From positions 74,384 through 138,383 of IMG/VR virus record IMGVR_UViG_3300042309_002578: a stretch of DNA of 64,000 nucleotides, one strand, 5' to 3'. Positions 20,056-30,410 of the stretch are shown one piece after another; position 1 is the stretch's first letter, and each line of letters starts with the position of its first letter. Position numbers and translations under genes: made by a program. The notes under the pieces are model-generated. The model was given only the letters and a program-made list of their open reading frames with translations, did no database searches and was not told the DNA's origin. This DNA is from a virus.

Positions 20056-20661
20056 ATGCAAAACTTCATTAACCTAAAAACACACCATAGAGAGGGAATT
20101 AAGGCACATTTAGCGATTGTAGGTATGCCAAACTTCGGAATTTTGCAATATTACGGCACATCGTTTGATGATTCAGAAAGAGGGAAAGACATTGCATATC
20201 ACGGCGGATGTCACATAAGCAAGATAATGGTAGACAATTTAGAAGATGGATTCTACCGATTTACTGAAGCAGTGAAGCAGCATAGTATAGAAACAAATGT
20301 TGGTTTCTTGAAAATAATTGGTGGAAAAATTATTAATAAATCTGCGGATTTAGAATCACTGATTTTGTCAGACCAAGACAAATCAATGTTTGAAGCGCAA
20401 AAACTTCGCGGACAAGAAATATTAAAAGATTGGGAAGAAAAAGAGAGGGTGGCGAAAATAGCGAAAGAACAGGAAGATGTAAAAAAAGCGGTAAAAAATA
20501 ACAATAAAAAATTAGAAAAAATAAAAAACCAGATTGGAGAATCTACCGCATTAGATATTGAAGCCTTCAGAAAGCTAACAGTAGAGCAACTGATGGATAT
20601 TATTATTGATCAGCAGACAATAATAGCGTCGCTAAATTCTAGAGAAAAAACAGAAAACTAA
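20056..20661 (+). CDS. Hypothetical early protein, coiled-coil C-terminus
   Basis: Consensus promoter at 19990-20017. Confidence 0.75.
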   Translation: MQNFINLKTHHREGIKAHLAIVGMPNFGILQYYGTSFDDSERGKDIAYHGGCHISKIMVDNLEDGFYRFTEAVKQHSIETNVGFLKIIGGKIINKSADLESLILSDQDKSMFEAQKLRGQEILKDWEEKERVAKIAKEQEDVKKAVKNNNKKLEKIKNQIGESTALDIEAFRKLTVEQLMDIIIDQQTIIASLNSREKTEN

Positions 20662-20674
20662 AAGGGATAGGAAC

Positions 20675-21064
20675 ATGAGTCAAACGATGAAGACATACTT
20701 AATGCTTGGCGTTAGAATTCCTTGCTCGGAAATGCCAGAAGATATTTTTTTAAATTATTGTGAAACTGAAGAGACGTTTTTTGATAAAAACGCAAAAATC
20801 AAAATCATACAAACAGGTGTGGGTACGTTTTTTGATAAAAACACAAAAATCAAAATCATACAAACAGGTGTGGGTAACGATGATGATGACTATGTGGTTG
20901 GCTATGTTATCGGCAATTATGAAGAAATGTCCGATGATTCAATCATCGAAAAAGAAATCAGTTTTATTGAAGATTTTGCTTCAATAGTTGGAAATGCAAT
21001 TAAGAAAAAATTGGACATCAAAATGCAAAAAGTAAGGTTGATAATGTTCACTAGCCTTATCTAA
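20675..21064 (+). CDS. Hypothetical protein with a 17-aa (51-bp) tandem duplication
   Basis: TFFDKNxKIKIIQTGVG occurs twice; AGGA RBS. Confidence 0.7.
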   Translation: MSQTMKTYLMLGVRIPCSEMPEDIFLNYCETEETFFDKNAKIKIIQTGVGTFFDKNTKIKIIQTGVGNDDDDYVVGYVIGNYEEMSDDSIIEKEISFIEDFASIVGNAIKKKLDIKMQKVRLIMFTSLI

Positions 21065-21082
21065 TTTTCAATTCAGGATATT

Positions 21083-21656
21083 TTACTGGAAGTAGAAAAT
21101 TTCGTAACATTTCCTGTATTTTTTTTGAATTATATTTTTATCTGCGTTTCCGTCTATTCGCACAATTCTGTATGGGTTGAGTTTGTGCAATTCCATATAG
21201 CCATGCTGCACACGCCGATGAAATTCTATAGTTTCCTGCTCAATTCTGTCTGGTGCAGATTGCCCACGTTTACGCGAAAGTCCAACTTCTACATCTACAT
21301 CTAGCCAAATAGTTAAATCGCTTTCCAATCCGCCTGTAGCAATTTGATTTAGTTGATTTATTAAATTAAAGCTTAAACCTCTGCCGTAGCCTTGGTACGC
21401 AATTGTCGAGTCGGTGTAGCGATCGCATAAAATAAACTTATTTGCTGCTAAATTTGGTTTTAGTTTTTCTGCGATGTGTTGCGCTCTGTCTGCCGCATAC
21501 AGCAAGAGTTCTGTAATTTCGCCAATTGGATTGTTGTGAGACTTTTCTAGTAACAACTTCCGCAAATCTGTCCCCAATTCTGTTCCTCCTGGCTCACGAG
21601 TGAGTATTGGGGACATATTTAAACTTTCTAGCCATTGATAACACATCTGTATCTGT
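21083..21656 (-). pseudogene. tmk: Thymidylate (dTMP) kinase, 5'-truncated (P-loop missing)
   Basis: TREPGGT, LLYAADRAQH and DRYTDSTIAYQGYGRG are present; the N-terminal EGxxGxGKT is replaced by an IS end at 21657. Confidence 0.85.
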
Positions 21657-21954
21657 TTGACACTCTGCGCTCTAAAGAGACGCAGATTCTATAGAGGGTT
21701 TCAGTCTATGTCCCTCAGTTATCCCAGTTTCAGACATTGCCTTAATATTGGGTTCTTGCCCTGACTTCGTTTGCCCAAAGGGCGAAATCATATCTGACAA
21801 GCGTATACTTTCCGAGAGTCCCCCGGTAGGTTTTTATGTCTTGTACTGACAACTTAATTATAACACAATATTGAAGGCGAATCAATTCGCCCGTGTGCGT
21901 TTTCCCCTTCGGTCTGAAGACGCGAAGCTCCCAACGCTACCGCTTTCCTCTTGG
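21657..21954 (-). mobile_element. Non-autonomous IS200/IS605-family element (~300 bp, no transposase)
   Basis: Minus strand ends GAATCTGCGTCTCTTTAGAGCGCAGAGTGTCAA (right-end hairpin + TCAA) and begins CCAAGAGGAAAGCGGTAGCG; internal hairpins; abuts two truncated genes. Confidence 0.7.
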
Positions 21955-22045
21955 TGGAAATTTATCAGTAAAGGAGTCCTCAAAATCAAGGAAAGAATAT
22001 CAAGATCTTTTTGAAGAGATATTATCATTTTTGAATCATAAATAA
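21955..22045 (+). pseudogene. Possible C-terminal remnant of a ParA-type ATPase
   Basis: Reads ..SKSRKEYQDLFEEILSFLNHK*, like a ParA C-terminal helix, directly before an RHH gene. Confidence 0.4.
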
Positions 22046-22361
22046 AACTAGAAAACCGCTAGACGAGTCCATTGTCAAAGAGTTTGTTTTTGGAAAAGAA
22101 CAAAATATCAACGACAATGATTTAGTTCCGAGTAAAACGGTGGAGTTGTATACCACAAAAGAAGCCCCAACAAGTACAATCAAAACAACTATACAGAAAA
22201 TAAACGAAATTCCCACACAAAAGGAAGCTGTGATTCGTTTCACGGTAGATCTGCCAGAATCTTTGCACACAAAATTATCTATTTTGGCAGCAAAAACTAA
22301 GCGCAAAAAATCTGAGATTGTTAGGATTTTAATATCTGATGCACTTGAGAATTCGGATTGA
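22038..22361 (+). CDS. Ribbon-helix-helix (CopG/ParG-like) DNA-binding protein
   Basis: IRFTVDLPESLHTKLSILAAKTKRKKSEIVR; frame open from 22035 (RKPLDESIVKEFVFG), start uncertain; hairpin at 22410-22447. Confidence 0.8.
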   Translation: MNKTRKPLDESIVKEFVFGKEQNINDNDLVPSKTVELYTTKEAPTSTIKTTIQKINEIPTQKEAVIRFTVDLPESLHTKLSILAAKTKRKKSEIVRILISDALENSD

Positions 22362-22697
22362 TATTTTGAGAAAACATGGGTTGGTGTTTCTATAGTTGTA
22401 TCTATTGATGCAAACCACCGCACTTCGCGCAAAGTGCGGTGGTTTGCTGGGGTGGTCATAAAAATTCGATATATAAAGACGGGAGATATAGGATTATTAT
22501 AGCATAGATATCCTGACTCTAAACATCATTAATAATATTCAAAATTTCCTACTTATCTTCCTTATTGACGCTTAAATACTGTCTTTGTAAATATTCTTTT
22601 GCGAAAAATTAAAAATTTAATTTTTTGCAAAAGCCTTGACTTTCTTCGTTAACCACAGTAATATAGTTGTATACAAAAACATCAAAACCAGAAAACA

Positions 22698-23639
22698 ATG
22701 AGAATAATCAAAAAAACAAATTCATCGAAACAAGTCAGACATCCATTGACACATTCTAATTTTTGTAAATTAGCTGAGACGCTTTATGATGATTACGACG
22801 ATAAAGAGTACGCCCAAAATTTTCGCGGTAATTTAGAAGTTGAGGTTGGCGATTTTTTGATTTTTGTGGAAGAGGATAACTCTGGTGAATTAACTGGGCG
22901 CGAAATAGAAACAATAATTTCTCGCGTAGAAGAAAAAACATACGATTATCTGCGATACCCTTATCCACCAGGGGCAATAGGACCACTAGAACGAGAAATA
23001 TACTGTGAGTACAGACTAAATATGTACGAATGGGTGCTAAGAGAAATAATAGAAGAAAATATCCTCAAAGGAAAAGAGGAGATCAAAATAAATGTTTCGG
23101 ACATCCCTCAAATGTCTGAACATCCTAAAACCAAAATTGAGGTAGAGTGGTGCAATTTAGAAGAAAAAATCAAAATTTTTGTTGAATGCAATGGGCTTAA
23201 ACTTAATTCCGATTATTTTCGAGGATGGGGAAGTGAGTGGGGGGAATACCAGCAAAGACAATATATAGAATACTGTATTAGGGGTGGAGTTTATTGCAGG
23301 GATATTTTATTGAATTTTCCTGGTTTAATAAAAAGTGGCGACAACTTTGGAGATGGTATTAGAGGTGATTTCGTTGTTGTTGACGGTTTACAAAGATTAA
23401 TTGCTGTCAGAAAGTTTATTTCTAATGATTTGTCTGTATTTGATGGCTGCTATCTTAGTAATTTTGATGAGCCAGAAAAAATACTAAAAAGATGTAAACT
23501 CTTCTTTTATGTAAACAACCTAAAAACACTCGCTGAAGTTATGCAATGGCATTTAGATTTGAATACGCCCACAGGTGGTATTCATTATTCCAAAGATGGA
23601 ATAAATCGCATCAAGAAGTTAATACGCGAATCTAATTAA
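22698..23639 (+). CDS. DUF3850/ASCH-like N-terminus fused to a DUF262/ParB-Srx-like domain
   Basis: EVGDFLIFVE..LTGREI at the N-terminus; VVVDGLQRL in the C-terminal half; consensus promoter at 22636-22664. Confidence 0.6.
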   Translation: MRIIKKTNSSKQVRHPLTHSNFCKLAETLYDDYDDKEYAQNFRGNLEVEVGDFLIFVEEDNSGELTGREIETIISRVEEKTYDYLRYPYPPGAIGPLEREIYCEYRLNMYEWVLREIIEENILKGKEEIKINVSDIPQMSEHPKTKIEVEWCNLEEKIKIFVECNGLKLNSDYFRGWGSEWGEYQQRQYIEYCIRGGVYCRDILLNFPGLIKSGDNFGDGIRGDFVVVDGLQRLIAVRKFISNDLSVFDGCYLSNFDEPEKILKRCKLFFYVNNLKTLAEVMQWHLDLNTPTGGIHYSKDGINRIKKLIRESN

Positions 23640-23755
23640 ATTTCTGGCGACGACAAACTATATTGAGAGAGTATTTTAATCTCAATATAGTTGCAATATT
23701 AACTCACTTGGGTTACAGTGGTAGAAGTAAAACAAATAACAAAAACAACACAAAA

Positions 23756-26700
23756 ATGCCATTTATACACTTACATAATCATACCACAGAAGGTAGCGTA
23801 CTTGATGCTACCCAAAGCGTAAAAAACATGGTTGCTACCATAAAAGGAATAGGGCAAAGTGCTGTTGCGCTGACAGATCACGGTACAATGTCCGGTGCGA
23901 TAAAATTGTTGAATGCCTGTAAGCAGCATGGTGTAAAACCAATTATCGGAAACGAGATGTACATTCTTGTTGATGGGAAAAAATACCACCTTACGGTTTT
24001 GGCAAAAAACATTGCAGGTTACAAGAACCTTTGTAAGCTGACGAATTATAGCCATGTACATGGCTGGCACGGTAACAAGCTATTTGGCAGACCAACAATC
24101 TCCAGAGATATGTTGGCAGAAAATAGCGAAGGCTTGATAATCCTTTCTGGGTGTGCTGCCGGAGAGTTACCAAGATATATTTTGGCTGGTGACATTGAAA
24201 AAGCAAAAGTAACGGCAGAATGGTTTAAGAGCGTTTTTGGCGACGACTATTATTTAGAAATCCAAGATCATGGATTTAGAGGAAACGGTAGCCAAGACAT
24301 TAATGGTGATAAAATAGAAAACAATACCAAGAAGTCACCCTTGAACGATGTAACCGTCAACCAAACGCTGCATCGTTTTTCAATAGAATTGTCAATCAAA
24401 TTAATAGCAACAAACGACGCGCACTTTAGCTGTGCGGACGACTGGGAGGCACAAACTGCGCTCCTTTGTATCAATACTAAAACCACCATTGAATCCCCAT
24501 CTATGAAATACACTGGGACGGAATATCTCAAAACGGAACAAGAGATGTTGGCATTATTTGCCGATCACCTGCCCCAAGATGTTGTCACTCAAGCTGTCAA
24601 TAACTCCCAGGAAATAGCAGACAAAGTTGAAGGTTACGAAGGGCTGATATTGAAAGAGGGTGACACCTCAAGAATGCCTAAGTTCGCTGCGCCTTTGGGT
24701 GAAGGATCGGCAGAGGATTATCTTCGCAAAGTCGCTCACGATGGTTTGGTAGAAAGGTTCAAGGGTCTGGACGTTGAGGAGAGATATAGCGATCGCTTAA
24801 ACCTCGAACTCGATGTAATCTGCTCGAAAGAATTCGCGGATTACTTCCTAGTGGTTTGGGATTATTGCAAATATTGTTTTGACAACAATATAGCCATCGG
24901 GGCAGGGAGAGGAAGTGCGGCAGGGTCTTTGGTTGCTTACTCCCTAAGAATTACCAACATCGATCCCATTCACCACGGACTATTGTTTGAGAGATTTTTA
25001 AACCCTGAACGGATGTCAATGCCGGATATAGATATAGATTTTGAGCCGTCACGACGGCATGAAGTAGTAGATTATGTGTCAAAAAAATACATAAACGTCT
25101 GCCAAATCGGAACATTCGGAACGCTGGGGTCTAAGTCTGCCCTAAAAGACGTTTTTAAGGTTTGCGGTTTGCCTTACTCCGAGTCAGATAGGTTGTCAAA
25201 ATTAATCCCAATCAGCCGAGGTAAGCCTACAGACTTGAAGGTGATGATTGGGGAGGCAACGCCCGTCCCCGCATTTCGTGAAATTTACCTGCAAGACGAA
25301 GGCGTTAAAAAAGCCTTAGATTTAGCCATCAAACTTGATGGCGTTACCAAAAGTCGAGGTGTCCACGCCGCGGGTGTTGTAATTTCTCCCGTCTCACTGG
25401 ATGAACTCGTGCCAGTAATGAGAGCCGCTGGCGACGACGGAGACACCACGATAGTTTCCCAGTATGAAATGGCGGACATTGAAAGCCTGGGGTTATTAAA
25501 GATGGATTTTCTGGGTCTGAAAAATTTGACGGCCATTCAAAAAACCATAAACCTGTTGTCCGCTAGGGGCATTAATATTAGTGCCGATGAGATTGCTGCC
25601 AAGGACAAGCAATCACACCCAGAGTGGGGAGATAAATTACCAATGGACGTTGAGCGCACATACAAAATGCTCACCCAAGGGAAAACCTACGGTGTTTTCC
25701 AACTTGGTAACAAGGGCATCACCGACAAGGTAAAACGACTAAAACCCGACAGCATTGAAAGCATCAGTGCGATTTCCGCACTTTACCGACCTGGACCGCT
25801 TGACGCTGGTGTGGTTGATGACTATATCTCCCGTAAAAACGGGGAGACACCCATAACATACCCTCTGCCGATACTTCAACCAATCCTTGAGTTAACCTAC
25901 GGCTGCATGGTTTACCAAGAGCAGATCATGAAGATTGCCCAGGTAATGGCGGGATACTCTTTGGGTGAAGCTGATTTGCTGCGCCGAGCTATGGGTAAGA
26001 AAAAACCAGCAGAAATGGCAAAGCAGCGCGATCGCTTTGTGTCCGGTTCAATAAGCGCAGGAATTGAATCAGATATCTCTAACAAGATTTTTGATGATAT
26101 GTCAAAGTATGCAGAGTATTGTTTCAACGCTTCGCACTCAGTCGCATACAGCTATATTTCTTGGACAACTGCATACCTAAAGGCGAATTACGCAGCAGAC
26201 TTTACAGCAGCATTATTAAGCTGCGATGCTAACAACATGGATGAAATAAAAGTTGCAATCCCCGCAGCCAAAGACATCGGCATAAACGTTATTCATCCAA
26301 GTATCAATGAGTCCGACTCTGACTTTAGAAGGATTGACGAAAAAACCGTAAGATTCGGTTTGTCGGCCATCAAAGGACTGGGAATTGATGTAGTCCAATC
26401 CATAATTTCGGAGCGCAATAAATCTGGCGAATTTAAAAGTTTCCCGGATTTGGCGAAAAGAGTGCAACTTACTAAAAGAGCTACGGATGGGCTGATATAT
26501 TCGGGTGCGCTTGACTCCTTTAACACCAACAGGCAGCAGCTAATAAAGGATGCTGACCTTTTGCTGGACTGGTCTAGAGATTTAGTAAAAAGTAAAAACT
26601 CTGGTCAGATGTCGCTTTTCGACATAACCACAAGCGTTTCTTTTGATCCGCCAAAAGCACCCAATATTGATGACCTTGATTTAGACTCTCGCAACTTTAA

Positions 26701-27481
26701 GGAGAGCGAATATTTGGGGATTTGCCTTAACAAAAAATACAGCGACTCGGAGAGCGAGATATTAGGTGGGATTTGCAATGAAAATATTGAATCAATAAAG
26801 GATTTACCTGTAAACCAAAATGTTGCATTTTTGGCAAGAATCCCAGATATCCTGAACACGAAAGTTAAGAACGGCGCACAGAGTGGCAAAACTATGGCTT
26901 TCTTGAAGCTCGCCGACAACTCTGGCGAAATTGAAGCCGTTATGTTCCCCAATTCCTACGATATTTATGGGGAAAAATTAAGAACGGATTGCCAATTTCT
27001 AATCAACGGTATTGTCTCCGAGAAAAACGGCGACAAACAGATAGTAGTCAACAATATTTGCGCTCCAGAGGCTGTTAAATTTGTTGTCGCATACATCAAT
27101 GATGAAGAGAAAGACAGGCTGACTGTTAAAACGGCGATCGCATTTTCCAGAGGCGATTTACCTCTGATTTTATGGTACAAGGGTCAACAAATTAGAACAG
27201 GAAAATGGGTCAACAATGACGCTGTTGAAAACCTTAAAAAACTGGGGATTACAGCAGCAGAATGTAAGTACGGAGAAATAAAAACCCATTTTGAGATTTA
27301 TGATTCTGTGGATATGCTGGCGAATGCAAAAGACTGGCAAACTGTATCCGAACTTTCGCTTTGTTTCAGACTGATAGATAAAGATTACGGTGCTACTGTT
27401 TGGAAGCACGCACCATCTTCTGTAAAATCTCACGTCAACAGCCTAAAAGCAGCACCCAAACCTGAACTTGTCGCCAGCTAA
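23756..27481 (+). CDS. dnaE: DNA polymerase III alpha subunit, unsplit and intein-free
   Basis: PHP motifs HLHNHT, ALTDHG, TNDAH; GRGSAAGS; PDIDIDF; LLKMDFLGL; YQEQ; OB fold. Confidence 0.97.
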   Translation: MPFIHLHNHTTEGSVLDATQSVKNMVATIKGIGQSAVALTDHGTMSGAIKLLNACKQHGVKPIIGNEMYILVDGKKYHLTVLAKNIAGYKNLCKLTNYSHVHGWHGNKLFGRPTISRDMLAENSEGLIILSGCAAGELPRYILAGDIEKAKVTAEWFKSVFGDDYYLEIQDHGFRGNGSQDINGDKIENNTKKSPLNDVTVNQTLHRFSIELSIKLIATNDAHFSCADDWEAQTALLCINTKTTIESPSMKYTGTEYLKTEQEMLALFADHLPQDVVTQAVNNSQEIADKVEGYEGLILKEGDTSRMPKFAAPLGEGSAEDYLRKVAHDGLVERFKGLDVEERYSDRLNLELDVICSKEFADYFLVVWDYCKYCFDNNIAIGAGRGSAAGSLVAYSLRITNIDPIHHGLLFERFLNPERMSMPDIDIDFEPSRRHEVVDYVSKKYINVCQIGTFGTLGSKSALKDVFKVCGLPYSESDRLSKLIPISRGKPTDLKVMIGEATPVPAFREIYLQDEGVKKALDLAIKLDGVTKSRGVHAAGVVISPVSLDELVPVMRAAGDDGDTTIVSQYEMADIESLGLLKMDFLGLKNLTAIQKTINLLSARGINISADEIAAKDKQSHPEWGDKLPMDVERTYKMLTQGKTYGVFQLGNKGITDKVKRLKPDSIESISAISALYRPGPLDAGVVDDYISRKNGETPITYPLPILQPILELTYGCMVYQEQIMKIAQVMAGYSLGEADLLRRAMGKKKPAEMAKQRDRFVSGSISAGIESDISNKIFDDMSKYAEYCFNASHSVAYSYISWTTAYLKANYAADFTAALLSCDANNMDEIKVAIPAAKDIGINVIHPSINESDSDFRRIDEKTVRFGLSAIKGLGIDVVQSIISERNKSGEFKSFPDLAKRVQLTKRATDGLIYSGALDSFNTNRQQLIKDADLLLDWSRDLVKSKNSGQMSLFDITTSVSFDPPKAPNIDDLDLDSRNFKESEYLGICLNKKYSDSESEILGGICNENIESIKDLPVNQNVAFLARIPDILNTKVKNGAQSGKTMAFLKLADNSGEIEAVMFPNSYDIYGEKLRTDCQFLINGIVSEKNGDKQIVVNNICAPEAVKFVVAYINDEEKDRLTVKTAIAFSRGDLPLILWYKGQQIRTGKWVNNDAVENLKKLGITAAECKYGEIKTHFEIYDSVDMLANAKDWQTVSELSLCFRLIDKDYGATVWKHAPSSVKSHVNSLKAAPKPELVAS

Positions 27482-27582
27482 AGGCAAACTATTAGCACGA
27501 TATTGGTTGACATAAAATCAATATCGTGTTAATATTGTAGAAAGCAACAAGAAACACGCAGCGTTAAAATTTAAAAAATAAG

Positions 27583-28200
27583 ATGTCAGCTACACAAAAA
27601 GAATTGTTTGAATCAGAAAATTACGAAGCTAGATCCCCCGATTTGCCAACCAATCACTGGTACACAAAAAAATTTATGGTTGATCTAGTCCGCGAATCTC
27701 TTGGTGGTGTTATTGGGTTAGATCCGTTTGCAGATCCAGGGAAAAGGATCGAGACAGTACATGGGCATTACACTTATGAAGATAACGGGCTTGCACTGCC
27801 TTGGGGCTGTGGAAGGGAGACGGACACTGTTTTTATAAACCCTGGGTATTCGCATGGCGAACCCAGGTCGGCTATAGAAAAGCTAGTTGAGCAAAAAAAC
27901 GCTGGTAATATTGTCGGTGGCGTTGCATTGCTCAAAGCAGGTGTTTTAAGCAATAAAGGCACACAGGATTTAATTGAGCAAAATGCAGCATCTATTTGCC
28001 TATGGAAAGGTCGCATCCAATTTGACCCAGGCGAACCGTTATTAAAATGGCGTGAAGAACAGCGTATTCTTGGTAAAAAAATCCCAGAAAAATTAAGTGC
28101 AAATAATTTTGATATCTGCTTTATTAATTTTTTCAACGAGAAAAATAGATATTTTTATGGGACTTTCTGTCAATACGGAATGGTTTTAAAAATTGACTAG
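27583..28200 (+). CDS. Phage DNA N6-adenine methyltransferase (Dam-like)
   Basis: HWYT, LDPFAD, DNGL..PW, VFINPGYS (NPPY variant) and GRIQF. Confidence 0.75.
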   Translation: MSATQKELFESENYEARSPDLPTNHWYTKKFMVDLVRESLGGVIGLDPFADPGKRIETVHGHYTYEDNGLALPWGCGRETDTVFINPGYSHGEPRSAIEKLVEQKNAGNIVGGVALLKAGVLSNKGTQDLIEQNAASICLWKGRIQFDPGEPLLKWREEQRILGKKIPEKLSANNFDICFINFFNEKNRYFYGTFCQYGMVLKID

Positions 28201-28284
28201 AAAATAGTGTTGACTTTAATTGTTAACCATTGTAAAATACAGTATAGTCAACAAACACAAAACAAAAACACAACTGCAAAAATT

Positions 28285-29721
28285 ATGTCTCAAACAGCAT
28301 ACCAACCACTGCATTTGAAATATCGCCCACAAACCCTATCACAACTTGTGGGACAGGAACACATCAAAAAAACTTTAATTAATGCCATAAATACTGGCAA
28401 AATAGCGTCTGCATACCTGTTTTCAGGTGCGCGAGGCACGGGTAAAACTTCCACTGGTCGCATTTTAGCGAAAAGCCTAAATTGTGATACTGGCATAACC
28501 TCAGACCCTTGCGGTGTTTGTGAATCCTGCAAAGGAATAACGTCTGGGTATTCCCTGGATGTTATTGAAATAGATGCGGCCAGCAACAATGGCGTGGATA
28601 ATGTCCGCGACTTAATTTCAAAGCTGCAATTTGCCCCAGTCGGTCGCTATAAAGTTGTCATCTTGGACGAGGTTCACATGATGACAACCGCAGCTTTTAA
28701 CGCCCTGCTTAAAACCCTGGAAGAACCGCCAAAAAACGTTGTATTTATTCTTGCAACAACAGATCCACAAAAGGTTCTCCCCACAATTATTTCTCGCTGC
28801 CAAACCTATGACTTTAGACGTATTGGCGTTCCTGCAATGTTTCAACACTTAAAGGAAATTGCAGCGAAGGAAACTATTGAGATAGATGACGATGCTATAT
28901 TTGCAATATGCAGTGCCGTTGCCGGTGGTATGCGCGATGCTCAAGCAAAGCTAGATCAACTCTCGCTCTACCCAGTGAGAATTACAAAGGCTTTAATTTA
29001 TGAGAATCTTGGTAGAGTTTCGGAATCTATGCTCAAGGAACTTGCACTGAAAATTATCGGCGACAATCCGAGCGAAATTGTTGGTGCTGTTGGTGAAATC
29101 CTGAACGCTGGCAAAGAACCAATTATAGTTATCCAGGATTTAGCAAATTTTTACATGAATTTGCTGCTATACAAGACATCTGGAATCTTAGATCCCGCAT
29201 ACAGCGAAGATGACTTTGACGTTGAGATTTACGAGGATCAGATCAAAGAAAATATCTCCAAACTCAAGGGAAGTGAGTGGACAATCAAAACAACAAACCA
29301 AAGCAAACTATGGCTTGAGGTCACACTTGTTGGATTGTCTGGAAATAGTAGCCAACCCGCGACACAACAAAAAGTTGTCACATCAGTCTTGCCATTAGAG
29401 CAACGGATTAAAATAGCAAATCGCCACAAAGACTTATCCGATGAAATTGGATGGGAAACAATTTATATTGGTCGCGGCACACCATTCGGTAACGAGTATG
29501 AGGTCGGCGTTTACGGCACTGCCGATGAATGTGTAAAAGCTTTTAAATCAAGTTCTTGGATAAAATTTAAGGATGAAGCAAGCGATTTTAGAGTCGCAAT
29601 TAACGATCTATTGGCTAGGCTAAGGGCTGGAAGTAAAATCCGGCTGATGTGCAGTTGTTCCAACGTTTGTCACGGCGAGGTTGTGCGATCGCTTCTAATC
29701 TGGGCACACAAAAACGTTTAA
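28285..29721 (+). CDS. dnaX: DNA polymerase III gamma/tau clamp loader with C-terminal DUF4326-like domain
   Basis: KYRPQ, GARGTGKTS, zinc module, DEVHM, SRC; C-terminus IYIGRGTPFGN..CSC..CHGEV; promoter at 28210-28238. Confidence 0.93.
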   Translation: MSQTAYQPLHLKYRPQTLSQLVGQEHIKKTLINAINTGKIASAYLFSGARGTGKTSTGRILAKSLNCDTGITSDPCGVCESCKGITSGYSLDVIEIDAASNNGVDNVRDLISKLQFAPVGRYKVVILDEVHMMTTAAFNALLKTLEEPPKNVVFILATTDPQKVLPTIISRCQTYDFRRIGVPAMFQHLKEIAAKETIEIDDDAIFAICSAVAGGMRDAQAKLDQLSLYPVRITKALIYENLGRVSESMLKELALKIIGDNPSEIVGAVGEILNAGKEPIIVIQDLANFYMNLLLYKTSGILDPAYSEDDFDVEIYEDQIKENISKLKGSEWTIKTTNQSKLWLEVTLVGLSGNSSQPATQQKVVTSVLPLEQRIKIANRHKDLSDEIGWETIYIGRGTPFGNEYEVGVYGTADECVKAFKSSSWIKFKDEASDFRVAINDLLARLRAGSKIRLMCSCSNVCHGEVVRSLLIWAHKNV

Positions 29722-29777
29722 TCAAATATTTTTACATCGGTCTGGAAATTCAATAATCATTGTTTGAGGAAAAATAT

Positions 29778-30410
29778 ATGGCGAGGTCTTATGACATAGC
29801 TGATGTAAAAGTCGGCTATGTGATAGATGGATTGGGAAAAGTAGAGGAAATATATAGCAACGGAAATGCGCTTCAGTTTAAAATAGATGGTAATTACTAC
29901 CACGAAAGAGTTGTTACAGGTACGTTAAAACTTGCGTACAATAAAAAAGAAATTACCCCAGGAAAACTAGCAAAAATCGTTAATAGTTTCACCAATAGCG
30001 ACGACATAAAAAATTCTGGGGACAGCCGACTAATTAAGGCTAAAAAATTAATTGATGTTTATTTTGAGATTAAGGGAAACACCCAAACCTATGTCAAACA
30101 TTTGGGGTGGGGACTGTCTAGTGTCAATGCAGAATTTAAGTTTTTGTACGACCAGGGATTTTACAGAGAGGCTGTTGGAGGCTTTGTCCCTAAAAATGCT
30201 TTTTTTAAATGCTGGGCTGATTTACTCAAAAGAGCAAATAGAAAAGGAATTATCTGCAAGGGAAGGATAAAAACTTGGTTTTTCATGTCGCAATATTTAA
30301 AAATGCTCAAAACAATTAGCTTTGTTTTGAGCATTTTTAAATATCAAGCAGATAGTTTTATTCTGGTATTTCCCAGCCAATTTTCCAGTCTATCGCCAAA
30401 ATTCTTGTGA
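29778..30410 (+). CDS. Hypothetical protein (3' end uncertain)
   Basis: GAGG RBS; the ORF reads through a hairpin at 30292-30343 and overlaps the convergent gene. Confidence 0.5.
   Translation: MARSYDIADVKVGYVIDGLGKVEEIYSNGNALQFKIDGNYYHERVVTGTLKLAYNKKEITPGKLAKIVNSFTNSDDIKNSGDSRLIKAKKLIDVYFEIKGNTQTYVKHLGWGLSSVNAEFKFLYDQGFYREAVGGFVPKNAFFKCWADLLKRANRKGIICKGRIKTWFFMSQYLKMLKTISFVLSIFKYQADSFILVFPSQFSSLSPKFL

Noticed and set aside
22025-22459. 144-aa minus-strand ORF
   Set aside because: Antisense to the clear RHH gene and starts within a terminator hairpin region.
23756-27481. Intein in dnaE
   Set aside because: The junction EYCFN is contiguous, there is no intein-like insertion, and the length is normal.
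27583-28200. Inactive methyltransferase because of NPGY instead of NPPY
   Set aside because: Other motifs are intact and motif IV variants exist; activity cannot be judged from sequence.
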